A stretch of 41,657 bases of DNA from Stellaceae bacterium (GTDB lineage Bacteria > Pseudomonadota > Alphaproteobacteria > ATCC43930 > CGMCC-115725): assembly GCA_035934195.1 (NCBI GenBank), contig DASYYD010000185.1, positions 1-41,657 of the forward strand, written 5' to 3'. Under the pieces are notes generated by a model. The model was not told the DNA's origin, made no database searches, and saw nothing but the letters and a program-made list of their open reading frames with translations. Position 1 is the first letter of the stretch. Every line of letters starts with the position of its first letter. Position numbers and translations under genes: made by a program. This document shows, in pieces, positions 17,128 through 26,946 of this stretch.

Positions 17128-18785
17128 GCGAACCCTCGCCTGTCGCGGGAAGCGGCCGGGGACGCCGGCTCATCCCCTACGCGCTCCTCGCCCTGCTTTC
17201 GCTTGCGCTCTATCTGCCGGGGATCGCGGCGATCCCCGCTTTCGACCGCGACGAGGCGCGGTTTGCCGAGGCGAGCCGGCAGATGCTGGAGAGCGGCGAC
17301 TTTGTCCGCATCCGCTTCCAGAACCAGGCGCGCGACAAGAAGCCGGTCGGCATCTATTGGCTGCAGGCGGCCTCGGTCGCGCTGTTCAGTGCGCCGCGGA
17401 GCCGGGCGATCTGGCCCTACCGGCTGCCTTCCGTCTTCGGCGCGACCGCCGCCGTCATGCTGACGCTCGCCCTCGGCCGCCGGCTCTTCCCGGAGAACCC
17501 CCATGCCGGCCCTGCCGCCGCGGTGCTGTTGGCCTCTTCCCTCGCCCTCGTTGCCGAGGCGCATCTCGCCAAGACCGATGCGATGCTCCTCGCCGCCGTC
17601 GCCGCCGCCCAGGCTTCGCTCGGCCTCGTCTACACCGAGGCGCGGGCCGGCCGCCGGCCGGGTTGGGGGCCGGCGCTCGTCTTCTGGATCGCGCAAGCCG
17701 TTGGGATGCTGTTGAAAGGCCCGGTGGCCCCCGTCATATCGCTGCTGACGCTCGCCAGCCTCGCGGTCGCCGATCGCGACATTCGCTGGGTCGCGGGCTT
17801 GCGGCCGATGGCGGGGCTGATCCTGGCGGCGGCGCTCGTCATGCCCTGGCTTTTCGCGGTCGAGCGGGCGACGCAGGGCCGGTTTCTCGTCGGCGCCCTC
17901 GGCCGCGATCTGTTGCCGAAGCTGTTGGGCGCAGAGGAATCGCACGGCGCCCCGCCCGGCTCTTATCTGTTGCTGCTGCCGGCGGCGTTCTGGCCCGGCT
18001 CGCTCTACCTGGTGCCGGCGCTCCATCGCGGCTGGCGGCGGCGCCGGGCGCCGGCGGAGCGGTTTCTGCTCGCCTGGCTCGTCCCGGCTTGGGCCTTGTT
18101 CGAGCTGGTGCCGACGAAATTGCCGCATTACGTGCTGCCGCTCTACCCGGCATTGGCGCTCTTCGCCGGCCGCGCGCTCGCTGAACTGCCCACCCTCGCC
18201 ATGCCGCGCGGCGCCGCCTTCGCCGATCGCGCGGTCGCGGTTTTGTGGAGCCTCGCGACGCTCGCCCTTGCCCTCCTGCTCGTGGCGCTGCCGATGCGGC
18301 TCGGCCACGGCATGAGCATGGCGGCGATCGGCGGCGCGGCCCTGACGCTCGTCCTCGCCGGCGCGCTCCTTGTCGCCCGCCGCCGCTACGCGCTCGCGGC
18401 GCCGCTCGCCTTCGCGTTCGTCGCGACCCTCGCCGCCGTATTGCCCGGGCTCGACCGCTTGTGGCTCAGCCGCTCGGCGGCGGCGCTCGTCGCCCGCGAC
18501 CCGCCGCCCGCCGGCGAGCCGCTCGTCTCGGTCGGCTACAGCGAGCCGAGCCTCGTCTTTCTGCTCGGCCCCGGGACCGCGCTGCTGACGCCGGGGAATG
18601 CGGCGGCGGCGCTCGCGCATGGCGGCAGAGCCCTCGTCGGCGAAAGCGATCGCGCGGCGTTCCAGGCGGCCCTCGCCGCAGGCGGCCTCCTCGGCCGCGC
18701 CGAGGGCGCGGTCTCGGGGCTCGATTATTCGACCGGAAGAAGGCTCGTCTTGACGCTTTACGCCGTGCGGCCGGGGTCGCGATGA
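17124..18785 (+). CDS. Glycosyltransferase family 39 (ArnT/PMT-like) polytopic membrane protein
   Basis: TTG 17124 is the only canonical in-frame start ahead of the conserved motif AFDRDEARFAEASRQMLESGDFVRIRFQNQARDKKPVGIYWLQ. There are many hydrophobic segments. It overlaps the cobL stop (TTGA) and the cobI start (ATGA). Confidence 0.78.
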   Translation: MSEPSPVAGSGRGRRLIPYALLALLSLALYLPGIAAIPAFDRDEARFAEASRQMLESGDFVRIRFQNQARDKKPVGIYWLQAASVALFSAPRSRAIWPYRLPSVFGATAAVMLTLALGRRLFPENPHAGPAAAVLLASSLALVAEAHLAKTDAMLLAAVAAAQASLGLVYTEARAGRRPGWGPALVFWIAQAVGMLLKGPVAPVISLLTLASLAVADRDIRWVAGLRPMAGLILAAALVMPWLFAVERATQGRFLVGALGRDLLPKLLGAEESHGAPPGSYLLLLPAAFWPGSLYLVPALHRGWRRRRAPAERFLLAWLVPAWALFELVPTKLPHYVLPLYPALALFAGRALAELPTLAMPRGAAFADRAVAVLWSLATLALALLLVALPMRLGHGMSMAAIGGAALTLVLAGALLVARRRYALAAPLAFAFVATLAAVLPGLDRLWLSRSAAALVARDPPPAGEPLVSVGYSEPSLVFLLGPGTALLTPGNAAAALAHGGRALVGESDRAAFQAALAAGGLLGRAEGAVSGLDYSTGRRLVLTLYAVRPGSR

Positions 18786-19489
18786 CCGGCCGGCTATTCG
18801 GGCTCGGCCTCGGCCCCGGCGACCCGGAACTCCTGACCTTGAAGGCCTTGCGCTTCTTGCGCGCCGCCGATGTCGTCGCCTATCCGGCGCCGCAAGCGGG
18901 CGAGAGCTTTGCCCGTTCGATCGTCGCCCGCTGGCTCGACCGGGGCCAGAGCGAGATCGCGATCCGTTTTCCGATGCGCCCCGGCCCGGTGCCCGCCGCC
19001 GCCTATGACGCCGGCGCGGCGGCGCTCGCCGCCGAACTCGGCCGCGGCCGCGATGTCGCGCTCCTCTGCCAGGGCGATCCGCTCGTCTACGGCAGCTTCA
19101 TCGAGCTTTTCGCGCGCCTCGCCGGGCGCTGGGAGGTCGAGGTCGTCCCCGGCGTCTCCTCGATCTGCGCCGCCGCGGCGGCGGCGCGGCTGCCGCTCGC
19201 CAGCCGCGAGGCGAGCCTTTTGGTGCTGCCGGCGACGCTCGCCGAAGCGGACCTCGCCCGCCGCCTCATGACCGCCGATACGGCGGTGATCGTGAAGCTC
19301 GGGCAACATCTCGGCAAACTGCGCCGCGTCCTCGAAGGGCTGCGCCTCCTCGACCGGGCGATTTATGTCGAGCGCGCGAGCCTGCCGGAGGAGCGCATCC
19401 TACCCTTGGCCGCCGTCGAGGGCGAGGCCGCGCCTTATTTTTCGCTCGCGATCCTGCGGCCTCACAGCACCGAATCGACCCACTCGTAG
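18782..19489 (+). CDS. cobI: Precorrin-2 C20-methyltransferase (CobI/CbiL)
   Basis: Tetrapyrrole-methylase motifs: [30 protein letters not shown] and VVPGVSS. The last 28 nt run antisense into the 3' end of trxA. Confidence 0.88.
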   Translation: MTGRLFGLGLGPGDPELLTLKALRFLRAADVVAYPAPQAGESFARSIVARWLDRGQSEIAIRFPMRPGPVPAAAYDAGAAALAAELGRGRDVALLCQGDPLVYGSFIELFARLAGRWEVEVVPGVSSICAAAAAARLPLASREASLLVLPATLAEADLARRLMTADTAVIVKLGQHLGKLRRVLEGLRLLDRAIYVERASLPEERILPLAAVEGEAAPYFSLAILRPHSTESTHS

Positions 19490-19782
19490 AGCTTCGATTT
19501 CGGCAGCGCGCCGATCTTCGTGGCGGCGACCTTGCCGCCCTTGAAGAGGATCATCGTCGGGATGCCGCGGATGCCGTATTTCATCGGCGTCTGCGGGTTC
19601 TCGTCGATATTGACCTTGGCGACGGTGAGTTTTCCTGCCCTGTCGGTCGCCAATTCTTCTAGGAACGGGGCGACCATCTTGCAGGGCCCGCACCACTCGG
19701 CCCAAAAATCGACGAGGACGGGCTCGCTCGCCTGCAACACCGCGGTCTCGAAGGTGCTGTCGCTGACTGCTGTCGGTTTCAT
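19462..19782 (-). CDS. trxA: Thioredoxin
   Basis: 106 aa with the active site [10 protein letters not shown], and [14 protein letters not shown]. Confidence 0.96.
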   Translation of the reverse strand: MKPTAVSDSTFETAVLQASEPVLVDFWAEWCGPCKMVAPFLEELATDRAGKLTVAKVNIDENPQTPMKYGIRGIPTMILFKGGKVAATKIGALPKSKLYEWVDSVL

Positions 19783-19835
19783 GCGATTGTCCTTCCGTAC
19801 TGATGGCCGAAATTAGGGGTGCCGGAAAAGCCGCG

Positions 19836-22800
19836 TCAAGCGAGCCAGCCCTCCAGTCTTTCAGGGCTGACCGGCATCAATAGCGGGCCGTCCGTCCATA
19901 ACAGCGCGCAGCGGATCTCGCGTCCGGGAAAGATCCGCGCAAGCGCGGCGCGATAGATCGCGAGCTGCCGCAGATAGCTGGGCGCGACCTCCGCCTCGCT
20001 CGCCGGCGCCGGCCGCAATGTCTTGAAATCGACGATCAGCACGCGGGTCGCGTCGACAACGAGCCGGTCGATCTGGCCGGCGACGGCATGGCCGTCGATG
20101 AGTCCCGTCAACGGCACCTCGGCGAGCGAGCCGGGCGCGAAGAGCGGCGCGAAATCGGGGTGCCGCAGGACGGCGAGCGCCTCGCGGCGGATTTCGTCCT
20201 GCGCCGCCGCATCGAGGCCGTGCGTCGGCGCTGCGAGAAAGCGCCGCGCCGCGCTCTCGCGTTCCGCTTCCGGCAGATCGGGAAGGCTCTGCAACAGCCG
20301 GTGGATAATAAGGCCGCGCTTGAAGCGGTCGCGGCCGTCCCTGGCGAGCGGCGACAAGGGGGCGGGCTCGGGCTCGGCCGGGCGTGATGGGACGAGCGGC
20401 TTCGGCGGGTCGGGTTCGGGCGGGGCCGGCCGGTCGAGCCAGTCCGGCAGGGGATCCGCGCCGAGCGCCGGCGCCGCCTGCTTGCTGCGCTCCGGATCCG
20501 CGGTCTGCGCCGCGGCCAGCCGCAGTCCTTCGCCCGTCCAGCCGTCGCGGCCGATCGACGCGGTGGCATCGAATGGAAAGGGTTCGGCGATGGCGGCGAG
20601 CCCGTCGCGGCACAGGGTGTGCCAGCACAGCTCGGTCGGCGGCCGCCGCGTCTGCCAGCCGCAGATGTAGAGCCGATCCTGCGCCCGCGTCAGCCCGACA
20701 TAGAGGAGGCGGCGATACTCCTCCAGCTGCCGGCGGCGCATCGCCTCGCGTTCGGCGGCATAGGGCGGCACCGCGACATCGGCGCGCGGGCGCCACAGCG
20801 GCAGCCTGTCCTTTTCGCTCCACAGCAAGCTCGAGGGCGGGTTCGGCACCTGCATCGTGTCCGGCAGGAAGATGATCGGCGCTTCGAGGCCCTTGGCGCC
20901 GTGCACCGTCAGCATCCGCACCTCGTCGCGCGGACGCGCCCCGAAATCGCGCTTCACTTCGCTGTCGCCGGCGGCGAGCCAGTGGAGAAACCCTTGCAGC
21001 GAGGGCACGTGCTCGCGTTCATAGGCGAGCGCCAGCGCGAGGAACTCCTCGATCGGGTCGGCGGCCTCGGGCCCGAGGCGCTCGAGAATGACCCGCCGTC
21101 CGCCCTCGGCGCCGAGGATCTCGGCGTAAAGCTCGTAAGGCGGTGTGAAATCGGCGCGCGCGAGCAGGCCCGCGAGCCGTTCGGCCGACTGCCGCAACAG
21201 ATCGTCCCGGCGCGCCGCTTCGCGCAGCCTCTGCCACAGGGTTTTCGCAGCCCGGCCGTAGGCGAGGTCGAAGAGCCTCCCCTCGTCGATCCCGAAAAGC
21301 GGGCCCTTCAGCACGGCCGCGAGCGTCAAATCGTCTTCGGGCAAGAGCAGGAAGCGGCCGAGCGCGGCCAGGTCCTGCACGGCGAGTTCCTTGCCGAGCA
21401 ACAGGCGGTCGGCGCCGGCCACCGGGATGTCGCGCGCCTTCAATTGGCGCACCAGCTCGCCGAGGAAGAGGGTGCGCCGCCGCACCAGCACCATGATGTC
21501 GCCGGCTCGGATGGCGCGGCCGCGCGCCTCGAGCCGCTCGCCGCCCGCGAGCCAGCCGCCGATCGTCGCGGCGATCGCGGCGGCGAGCCGGGCATAGGGT
21601 TCGGCGGTGCGGCGGCGGGCGACCGGCAGTGCGTCGGGGTCGGGGGTCTCCGGTTCCGGCGCGACCGGCGGCCACAATTCGACGACCCCCGCTTGCCCCT
21701 GGCGGTGGGCGCGGTGGCGGATGTCGCCGCCTTCCAATGCGACGCCGTCGCGCGCCGCCTCGCCGCGGAAAATCGCGTCGACCGCGCGCAGCACCGGCTC
21801 GGTCGAGCGGTACGAAACATCGAGCGGCACGATCCGCCACTTCTGCCGGGCGGCGTCGACCCGCGCCTCGAAATGCCGGCGCATCGTGAGGAAGGCGCGC
21901 GGGTCGGCGCGCTGAAAGCTGTAGATCGACTGCTTCGCGTCGCCGACCGCGAAGATCGTGCGCAAGCTCTCGCGCGCTCCCTCGCCGGCAAAGAATTCCT
22001 GCGCCAGCGCGGCGACGATCTCCCATTGCTCGGGGTTGGTGTCCTGCGCCTCGTCGATCAGGATGTGGTCGAGCCCGCCGTCGAGCTTGAACAACACCCA
22101 CGGGGCGACCTCGGGCCGCCGCAAGAGGTTGCGCGTCGTTTCGATCAGATCGTCGTAATCGAGGAGCCCCGTCGCCCGCTTGTGACGGTCGTAGGCGCGC
22201 AGCACGGCGGCGCCGAGGCGCGCGAGCGCGAGGCTCGCCTCGCCGATCGCCACCGCCGCGCGCGCGGTCGCGAATTCCTTGACCCGCTGCGCCTCGATCT
22301 GGAGTACCGGCAGGCATGCCGCCGACTTGTTGGCGAGGCGGTGGCGGATCTCGCCGCCCTCGGTCAGGAAGATCTGCACGTAATCGGAGAGGAGCGCCGG
22401 CCGATCGGCGGCGCTGGCGCACCAGGGCGCGAGGATTGCGGCATGCCCGCGGTCGCTCTTGCCGCCCTCGGCGAGCGCCCTTGCCGCCGCGGCGAGCGCG
22501 GCGAGGGCGCCGCCGGCGCAGAAGGCTTCGAGGAGCGATTGCGGGCTCGCCTCGCCCGGCAGCGACAGGTGCCGCCAGATCTTCGCGCGCAGCGGGCCGA
22601 GGCCGCCCTCGAGCGCCGCGCGCAACTTGCCGCGCTCGCCGACGAGCGCCGTCAGCAATTGCTGGAAGCGCTCCTCCGTCATGTACCGGGTGAGGCTCGC
22701 GAGCGCTTCGGCGAGGCCGCGGTCCGCGCTGTCGCGGGCGGCGGCGATGACGGTTTCGCCGGCCTCGGCGAGCGCTTCCTGCGCGCTCCTCTCGTCGAGC

Positions 22801-23237
22801 ACGGCGAATTCGGGCGACACGCCGGCCTCGAGCGGAAAACGGCGCAACAGCGACTGGCAGAAGGCATGGATGGTCGCGATCTTGATGCCGCCCGGGGCAT
22901 CGAGGACGCGCGCGAAGAGCTGCCGGGCGCGCGCGAGATAAATCTCGTCCGGGTCGTGCCCGGTCAGCTCCACGAGTTCGCCCGCGAGCGCGCCGTCCGG
23001 CAGCGTCGCCCAGATGGCGAGGCGCTCGTTGAGCCGGTTCGCCATTTCCGCGGCGGCCGCACGGGTGAAGGTGAGGCACAGGGTACGCGTCGGGTCGGTG
23101 CCGCCGAGCATCAGCGCCAAAAGGCGGTCGGTCAGCACCTTGGTCTTGCCGGTGCCGGCCGAGGCCGCGACCCATACCGAGGCCTCGGGGTCGATCGCCC
23201 GGCGCTGCGGGCTGTCGCGCTCCTCCGGGCTCACCAT
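19836..23237 (-). CDS. addA: Double-strand break repair helicase-nuclease AddA
   Basis: Start taken at the internal ATG 23237 (MVSPEERDSPQRRAIDP...). UvrD-type Walker A ASAGTGKTKVLT. Helicase motifs run throughout. C-terminal PD-(D/E)XK motif LIVDFKT. It overlaps the addB stop by 7 nt. Confidence 0.9.
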   Translation of the reverse strand: MVSPEERDSPQRRAIDPEASVWVAASAGTGKTKVLTDRLLALMLGGTDPTRTLCLTFTRAAAAEMANRLNERLAIWATLPDGALAGELVELTGHDPDEIYLARARQLFARVLDAPGGIKIATIHAFCQSLLRRFPLEAGVSPEFAVLDERSAQEALAEAGETVIAAARDSADRGLAEALASLTRYMTEERFQQLLTALVGERGKLRAALEGGLGPLRAKIWRHLSLPGEASPQSLLEAFCAGGALAALAAAARALAEGGKSDRGHAAILAPWCASAADRPALLSDYVQIFLTEGGEIRHRLANKSAACLPVLQIEAQRVKEFATARAAVAIGEASLALARLGAAVLRAYDRHKRATGLLDYDDLIETTRNLLRRPEVAPWVLFKLDGGLDHILIDEAQDTNPEQWEIVAALAQEFFAGEGARESLRTIFAVGDAKQSIYSFQRADPRAFLTMRRHFEARVDAARQKWRIVPLDVSYRSTEPVLRAVDAIFRGEAARDGVALEGGDIRHRAHRQGQAGVVELWPPVAPEPETPDPDALPVARRRTAEPYARLAAAIAATIGGWLAGGERLEARGRAIRAGDIMVLVRRRTLFLGELVRQLKARDIPVAGADRLLLGKELAVQDLAALGRFLLLPEDDLTLAAVLKGPLFGIDEGRLFDLAYGRAAKTLWQRLREAARRDDLLRQSAERLAGLLARADFTPPYELYAEILGAEGGRRVILERLGPEAADPIEEFLALALAYEREHVPSLQGFLHWLAAGDSEVKRDFGARPRDEVRMLTVHGAKGLEAPIIFLPDTMQVPNPPSSLLWSEKDRLPLWRPRADVAVPPYAAEREAMRRRQLEEYRRLLYVGLTRAQDRLYICGWQTRRPPTELCWHTLCRDGLAAIAEPFPFDATASIGRDGWTGEGLRLAAAQTADPERSKQAAPALGADPLPDWLDRPAPPEPDPPKPLVPSRPAEPEPAPLSPLARDGRDRFKRGLIIHRLLQSLPDLPEAERESAARRFLAAPTHGLDAAAQDEIRREALAVLRHPDFAPLFAPGSLAEVPLTGLIDGHAVAGQIDRLVVDATRVLIVDFKTLRPAPASEAEVAPSYLRQLAIYRAALARIFPGREIRCALLWTDGPLLMPVSPERLEGWLA

Positions 23238-26200
23238 TCCTCGTCCTCGCCCTCGTCGAGGCGCTCCAGGTGCTCGTAGTCGGAATAGCGCGGTTTCAGA
23301 TGCGGCGCCGGCACCGCCAGATAGGCAGTGGCCGGATCGTCGAAGGCGTCGATCAGCCGCCGCACCCGGCCAAGCGCGCGGTCGACGAGGCGGCCGGGGT
23401 CGCCGCCGTCGATCTGCTTCCTCTCGCCGGCCGGTTCGCGCCCGGTGAGCCGCCAGTATTCGAGCCGCGCCGGCACGCCGCGAAGCTCGCCGAAGCCGCC
23501 GTCGCGCAGGATCGCGCCTTCGAGCGGCAGCTGCGCGGCAAGGCTCGCCTCGATCTCCCATTTCTGCGGCAGCGAGCCGGTCTTGTAATCGATGATGGCG
23601 AACCCGCCGTCGCGCAGGCGGTCGATGCGGTCGGCCTTGGCGGTCAGCGTGAACGGGCCGCCGCGCGCCGCGATGGGAAGGCTGCCGCGGCACTCGCCGA
23701 GGCTGCCTTCGAGCTCCCGCCGGTAAATGCCCTCCGCGGCCAAGAGCCACTCGACGACGCGCGCGAAGCGCGGCCACCAGAAGGCCCAGACGCCGGGCCG
23801 CGACAGCCATGCGCCGAAGCAGTCGCGGCCGATCCGGATGAGCTCCGTGCGGGCCTCGGCCACGGGCGGCAGGTCGCGCGGAAAGCGCTTCAGGAACTGG
23901 TCGAGGGCGTCGTGGATGATGCTTCCGAGTTCGGCGAAGCTCGGATCTGCGTCGAGCGGGTCGAGGGCCGTCAGATCGAGAATGTGGCGCGCGTAGATGG
24001 CGTAAGGATCGCGCATCCAGGTCTCGATCTGGGTCACCGAGAGCCGGCGCGGGCGGGCGGCGAGCGGCGGGCGCGGCTCCGCCGGCGCGAGCGGGCGATA
24101 GCCGCGCGGCATATCGATCCTCGCCGCCGCTTGGCGGATCTCCCGTTGGGCGATCCCTGCGTCGCCGGCGAGCGCCTCTTCGAGGCCGACCGCGCGCAAT
24201 ACCGCGTCGAGGCGAAGCAGCCAGCGCGACGGCACGGTCGGCACGCCTTCGCGCCGCGCCGCGCGGGTCAGCGCCACCTCGGGCGCGCCCAGCCCTTGCG
24301 CGAAATCATGCGCGGCGATGCCGACCGCCCGCTCGGGAAGCGCGAGGCCGAATTCGCTGCGCATCTGCCGCGACATCCACGGGTCGTGCGCGGCGACGGC
24401 CGGCCAGGTGCCTTCGTTGAGCCCGCCGAGGACGAGCAGGTCCGGCTGCTGCAGGCGCGCCTCGACGAGCCCCCAGATCGAAAGCCGCGGGTGGCGCCCG
24501 TAAAGGGGCCGCACGACGGCGCCGGCGGCGAGCGCCTCGAAGAGCGCCGGATAATGCCGGCCGGGGATCGCCGGAAAGTCGCCGCCGGCCGCGATCAGCT
24601 CGTGGCAGAAACGGGCCGCGCTCTCGCCCGCCGCCTCGCGCCACAGGCGCTCGGGTCCGCTTTCCTCGGCATTCGCGGCGAGCCGCTCGGCGGCCGCGAC
24701 ATGCGCCGCGACAAGGGCGGCTAGCGGCACTTCCTCGGCGCCGAGCAGCGCCGGGAAATCGCCGAGGCAGGCCTCGATGCGGCGAACGAAACGCGCGAGC
24801 GCCTTTTTGCCGTTGCCGAGCGCGGCCAGAAGCCCCTCGACACCGGGCGCCGGGCGCGGCCCCCTGATCGCCCGGTCGAGCCGGCGCGCGAGATCGCGGA
24901 ACTGCTCCGGCCGCATGCCGCCGGCGGCGAGGGGGTGCTTGAGGGCGGCGCAGAGCGGCACCGGCGCCAATCGGCTCTGGGCCAACTCGACGACGAGGCG
25001 CAAAAGGGCGCCGGGCGGCGTGCGGTTGAGCGGCAACCCGGCGGAATCGTCGATATCGATGCCCCAGCGGCGCAATTCCGCGGCGACCCGGCGGGCCAGC
25101 TCGCGGTCCGGCGTGACGAGCGCGGCGGTCGCCGCCGGCTCCTCCAGCTTTTGCCGCATCAGCAACGCGATCGTCAGCGCCTCGTCCTCGGCGGTGGTGC
25201 ACTCGAAGCGCCTCAGCCCCGCCAGCGCATCGGGGCTTTCCGGCCCGAGGCGGCGCCAGTGATGCGTCGCCTCGGGCGGCCGCAGCGCCTCGGCGACGAG
25301 CCGCAGCCGACGCGCGCGCGGCGACGCCGTCGGCTGCTCTCCCGCGGGCCAGTCCCGCACCTCGACGGGCGCCGCTTCCAGCTCTTTCAAGAGCAGTGCC
25401 AGCAAATGTTGCGGATGCGCCTCGTCGGCTTCGATGCCGGCCCAGTCCGCGGCCTCGCAAAAGCGGTCGAGGCCGGGCAGCACGACCGCGCCCTGCGGCA
25501 GCCCGGCGACGACCGAGATTAGCTCGGAGAGCGCCGGGATGCCGCCGACGAGGCCGGCGGCGATGACCGGGTCGGCAGGCGGGCAGGCGCGCCACAGCGC
25601 CGCCTGCCGTCGCAACAGGCGGTTGCGCCGGTCGGCCGGGTCGAGCGCGCCCTCGGCGGCGAGCACTTCGGGCCACGCGCCCGGCAGGATCTCGAGAAAG
25701 TTGTGCACGATCTGCCAATGCTCGGCATGGTTCGCCGGGACGAGATCGGCAAGCCGCGAGAAGTCGGCGCCCGCGGTCGCGGCTTCGTCGAGAAAGCGGG
25801 CGAGGGCGACGGCGAGGGCGGCGGCCTGGCCGGGCAGCAGCGGTTCATCCAGCGTCCCCTCGCTCCAGCGCAGCACCAGCTGCGCCAGAACGAGCCGGCG
25901 CCGCAATTCCGGGATCGCCGGCGGCAGCGCCAGCGCCTCCTCCTCCGCCCCGCTCTGGCCGAGCGACAGTTCGTCGGCGTCGAGATCGCCGATCGCGCGC
26001 AGGCGCGGCAGCAACAGCGGCGCGCCTTCGGCGCGGCCGGGCGCGGTCGTCGCGAGAAAGCTCTCGCGCAATGCCCTGACCGCCCGCCGCGTCGGCAACA
26101 GGATCGTGATGCGCGGCAGATACAGCGGGTCGCCGCCGCCGATCCCCAGGATTCCCGAGGCGAGGGCCGGCAGAAACGGGCGGTCCGGCGCGATCGTGTA

Positions 26201-26299
26201 GAGCTTTGGCGGCAACGGCCGCGCTACCGCTCGATCCGGTGCGAGGCGAGGCGCTCGCGGGTCGCCCTCAGCCCCTCCGGCGTGCCGATGTGAAACCAT
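23231..26299 (-). CDS. addB: Double-strand break repair protein AddB
   Basis: About 1000 aa, located upstream of addA. C-terminal nuclease motif FAIIDYKTG. The 5' end is uncertain: ATG 26299 overlaps murU by 76 nt, whereas TTG 26215 would leave an 8-nt gap. Confidence 0.85.
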   Translation of the reverse strand: MVSHRHAGGAEGDPRAPRLAPDRAVARPLPPKLYTIAPDRPFLPALASGILGIGGGDPLYLPRITILLPTRRAVRALRESFLATTAPGRAEGAPLLLPRLRAIGDLDADELSLGQSGAEEEALALPPAIPELRRRLVLAQLVLRWSEGTLDEPLLPGQAAALAVALARFLDEAATAGADFSRLADLVPANHAEHWQIVHNFLEILPGAWPEVLAAEGALDPADRRNRLLRRQAALWRACPPADPVIAAGLVGGIPALSELISVVAGLPQGAVVLPGLDRFCEAADWAGIEADEAHPQHLLALLLKELEAAPVEVRDWPAGEQPTASPRARRLRLVAEALRPPEATHHWRRLGPESPDALAGLRRFECTTAEDEALTIALLMRQKLEEPAATAALVTPDRELARRVAAELRRWGIDIDDSAGLPLNRTPPGALLRLVVELAQSRLAPVPLCAALKHPLAAGGMRPEQFRDLARRLDRAIRGPRPAPGVEGLLAALGNGKKALARFVRRIEACLGDFPALLGAEEVPLAALVAAHVAAAERLAANAEESGPERLWREAAGESAARFCHELIAAGGDFPAIPGRHYPALFEALAAGAVVRPLYGRHPRLSIWGLVEARLQQPDLLVLGGLNEGTWPAVAAHDPWMSRQMRSEFGLALPERAVGIAAHDFAQGLGAPEVALTRAARREGVPTVPSRWLLRLDAVLRAVGLEEALAGDAGIAQREIRQAAARIDMPRGYRPLAPAEPRPPLAARPRRLSVTQIETWMRDPYAIYARHILDLTALDPLDADPSFAELGSIIHDALDQFLKRFPRDLPPVAEARTELIRIGRDCFGAWLSRPGVWAFWWPRFARVVEWLLAAEGIYRRELEGSLGECRGSLPIAARGGPFTLTAKADRIDRLRDGGFAIIDYKTGSLPQKWEIEASLAAQLPLEGAILRDGGFGELRGVPARLEYWRLTGREPAGERKQIDGGDPGRLVDRALGRVRRLIDAFDDPATAYLAVPAPHLKPRYSDYEHLERLDEGEDEEW

Positions 26300-26946
26300 T
26301 CGCCGTCATGCACGAGCGCGGCGAGGCGGCCCGCCGCCTCGGCCCGGTCGAAGAGCTTGACGAGCGAGAAGACCGGCTCCTCGACGCCGTCGAACAGGCG
26401 GCGGTGCAACAGTTGAATGCCGGCGAAGAGATAAGGCGCGATCTCGCGCTCGCGCCGCCGGCGCGGCCGGCCGAGCGGGTCGAGGAAATAGTCGCCGTCG
26501 CCCTCATAGCCGACCGCCGACACCGTCTTCTGCAACAGCAGGATCGCGTCCATGTGCCGCGGGTCGAAGGCGCGGGCGAGGCGCGTGAGCGCGTAATCCC
26601 GGCCGTCGAGCCAGAAGACGTCGCCGTTGAGGACGTAGAACGCCTCGCCCAGGAGCGGCAGCGCGTGCCGCACGCCGCCGCCGGTATCGAGCAATTTTTC
26701 CTCGCGCGACAATTTGATTTTTGGCCGCTCGCGGCGCGCGAGCCGCCCCTCCAGCATCGCCGGCTTGTAGTGGAGGTTGACGACGACATCCTCGACCCCC
26801 GCCAGTTCCAGCCGGTCGATCGCATGGTCGAGGAGCGTCTTGCCGGCGATCTCGACGAGCGGCTTCGGCAGCGATTCGGTCAGGGGGCGCAGCCGTGTGC
26901 CGAGGCCGGCGGCCAGCACCATCGCCTGTTTCGGCGGCCCGCTCAT
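26224..26946 (-). CDS. murU: Sugar-1-phosphate nucleotidyltransferase, MurU-like (N-acetylmuramate 1-phosphate uridylyltransferase)
   Basis: Internal ATG at 26946. Nucleotidyltransferase motif MVLAAGLGTRLRPLTESLPKPL. ATGA overlap with the kinase gene upstream. The synteny amgK-murU is conserved. Confidence 0.78.
   Translation of the reverse strand: MSGPPKQAMVLAAGLGTRLRPLTESLPKPLVEIAGKTLLDHAIDRLELAGVEDVVVNLHYKPAMLEGRLARRERPKIKLSREEKLLDTGGGVRHALPLLGEAFYVLNGDVFWLDGRDYALTRLARAFDPRHMDAILLLQKTVSAVGYEGDGDYFLDPLGRPRRRREREIAPYLFAGIQLLHRRLFDGVEEPVFSLVKLFDRAEAAGRLAALVHDGEWFHIGTPEGLRATRERLASHRIER

Noticed and set aside
23238-23810. A 191-codon N-terminal extension of the addA ORF in the track (1324 aa).
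   Set aside because: The extension is Arg/Ala-rich, lies entirely inside the 3' end of addB, and precedes the conserved AddA N-terminus. The internal ATG at 23237 gives a normal AddA and a 7-nt overlap with the addB stop.
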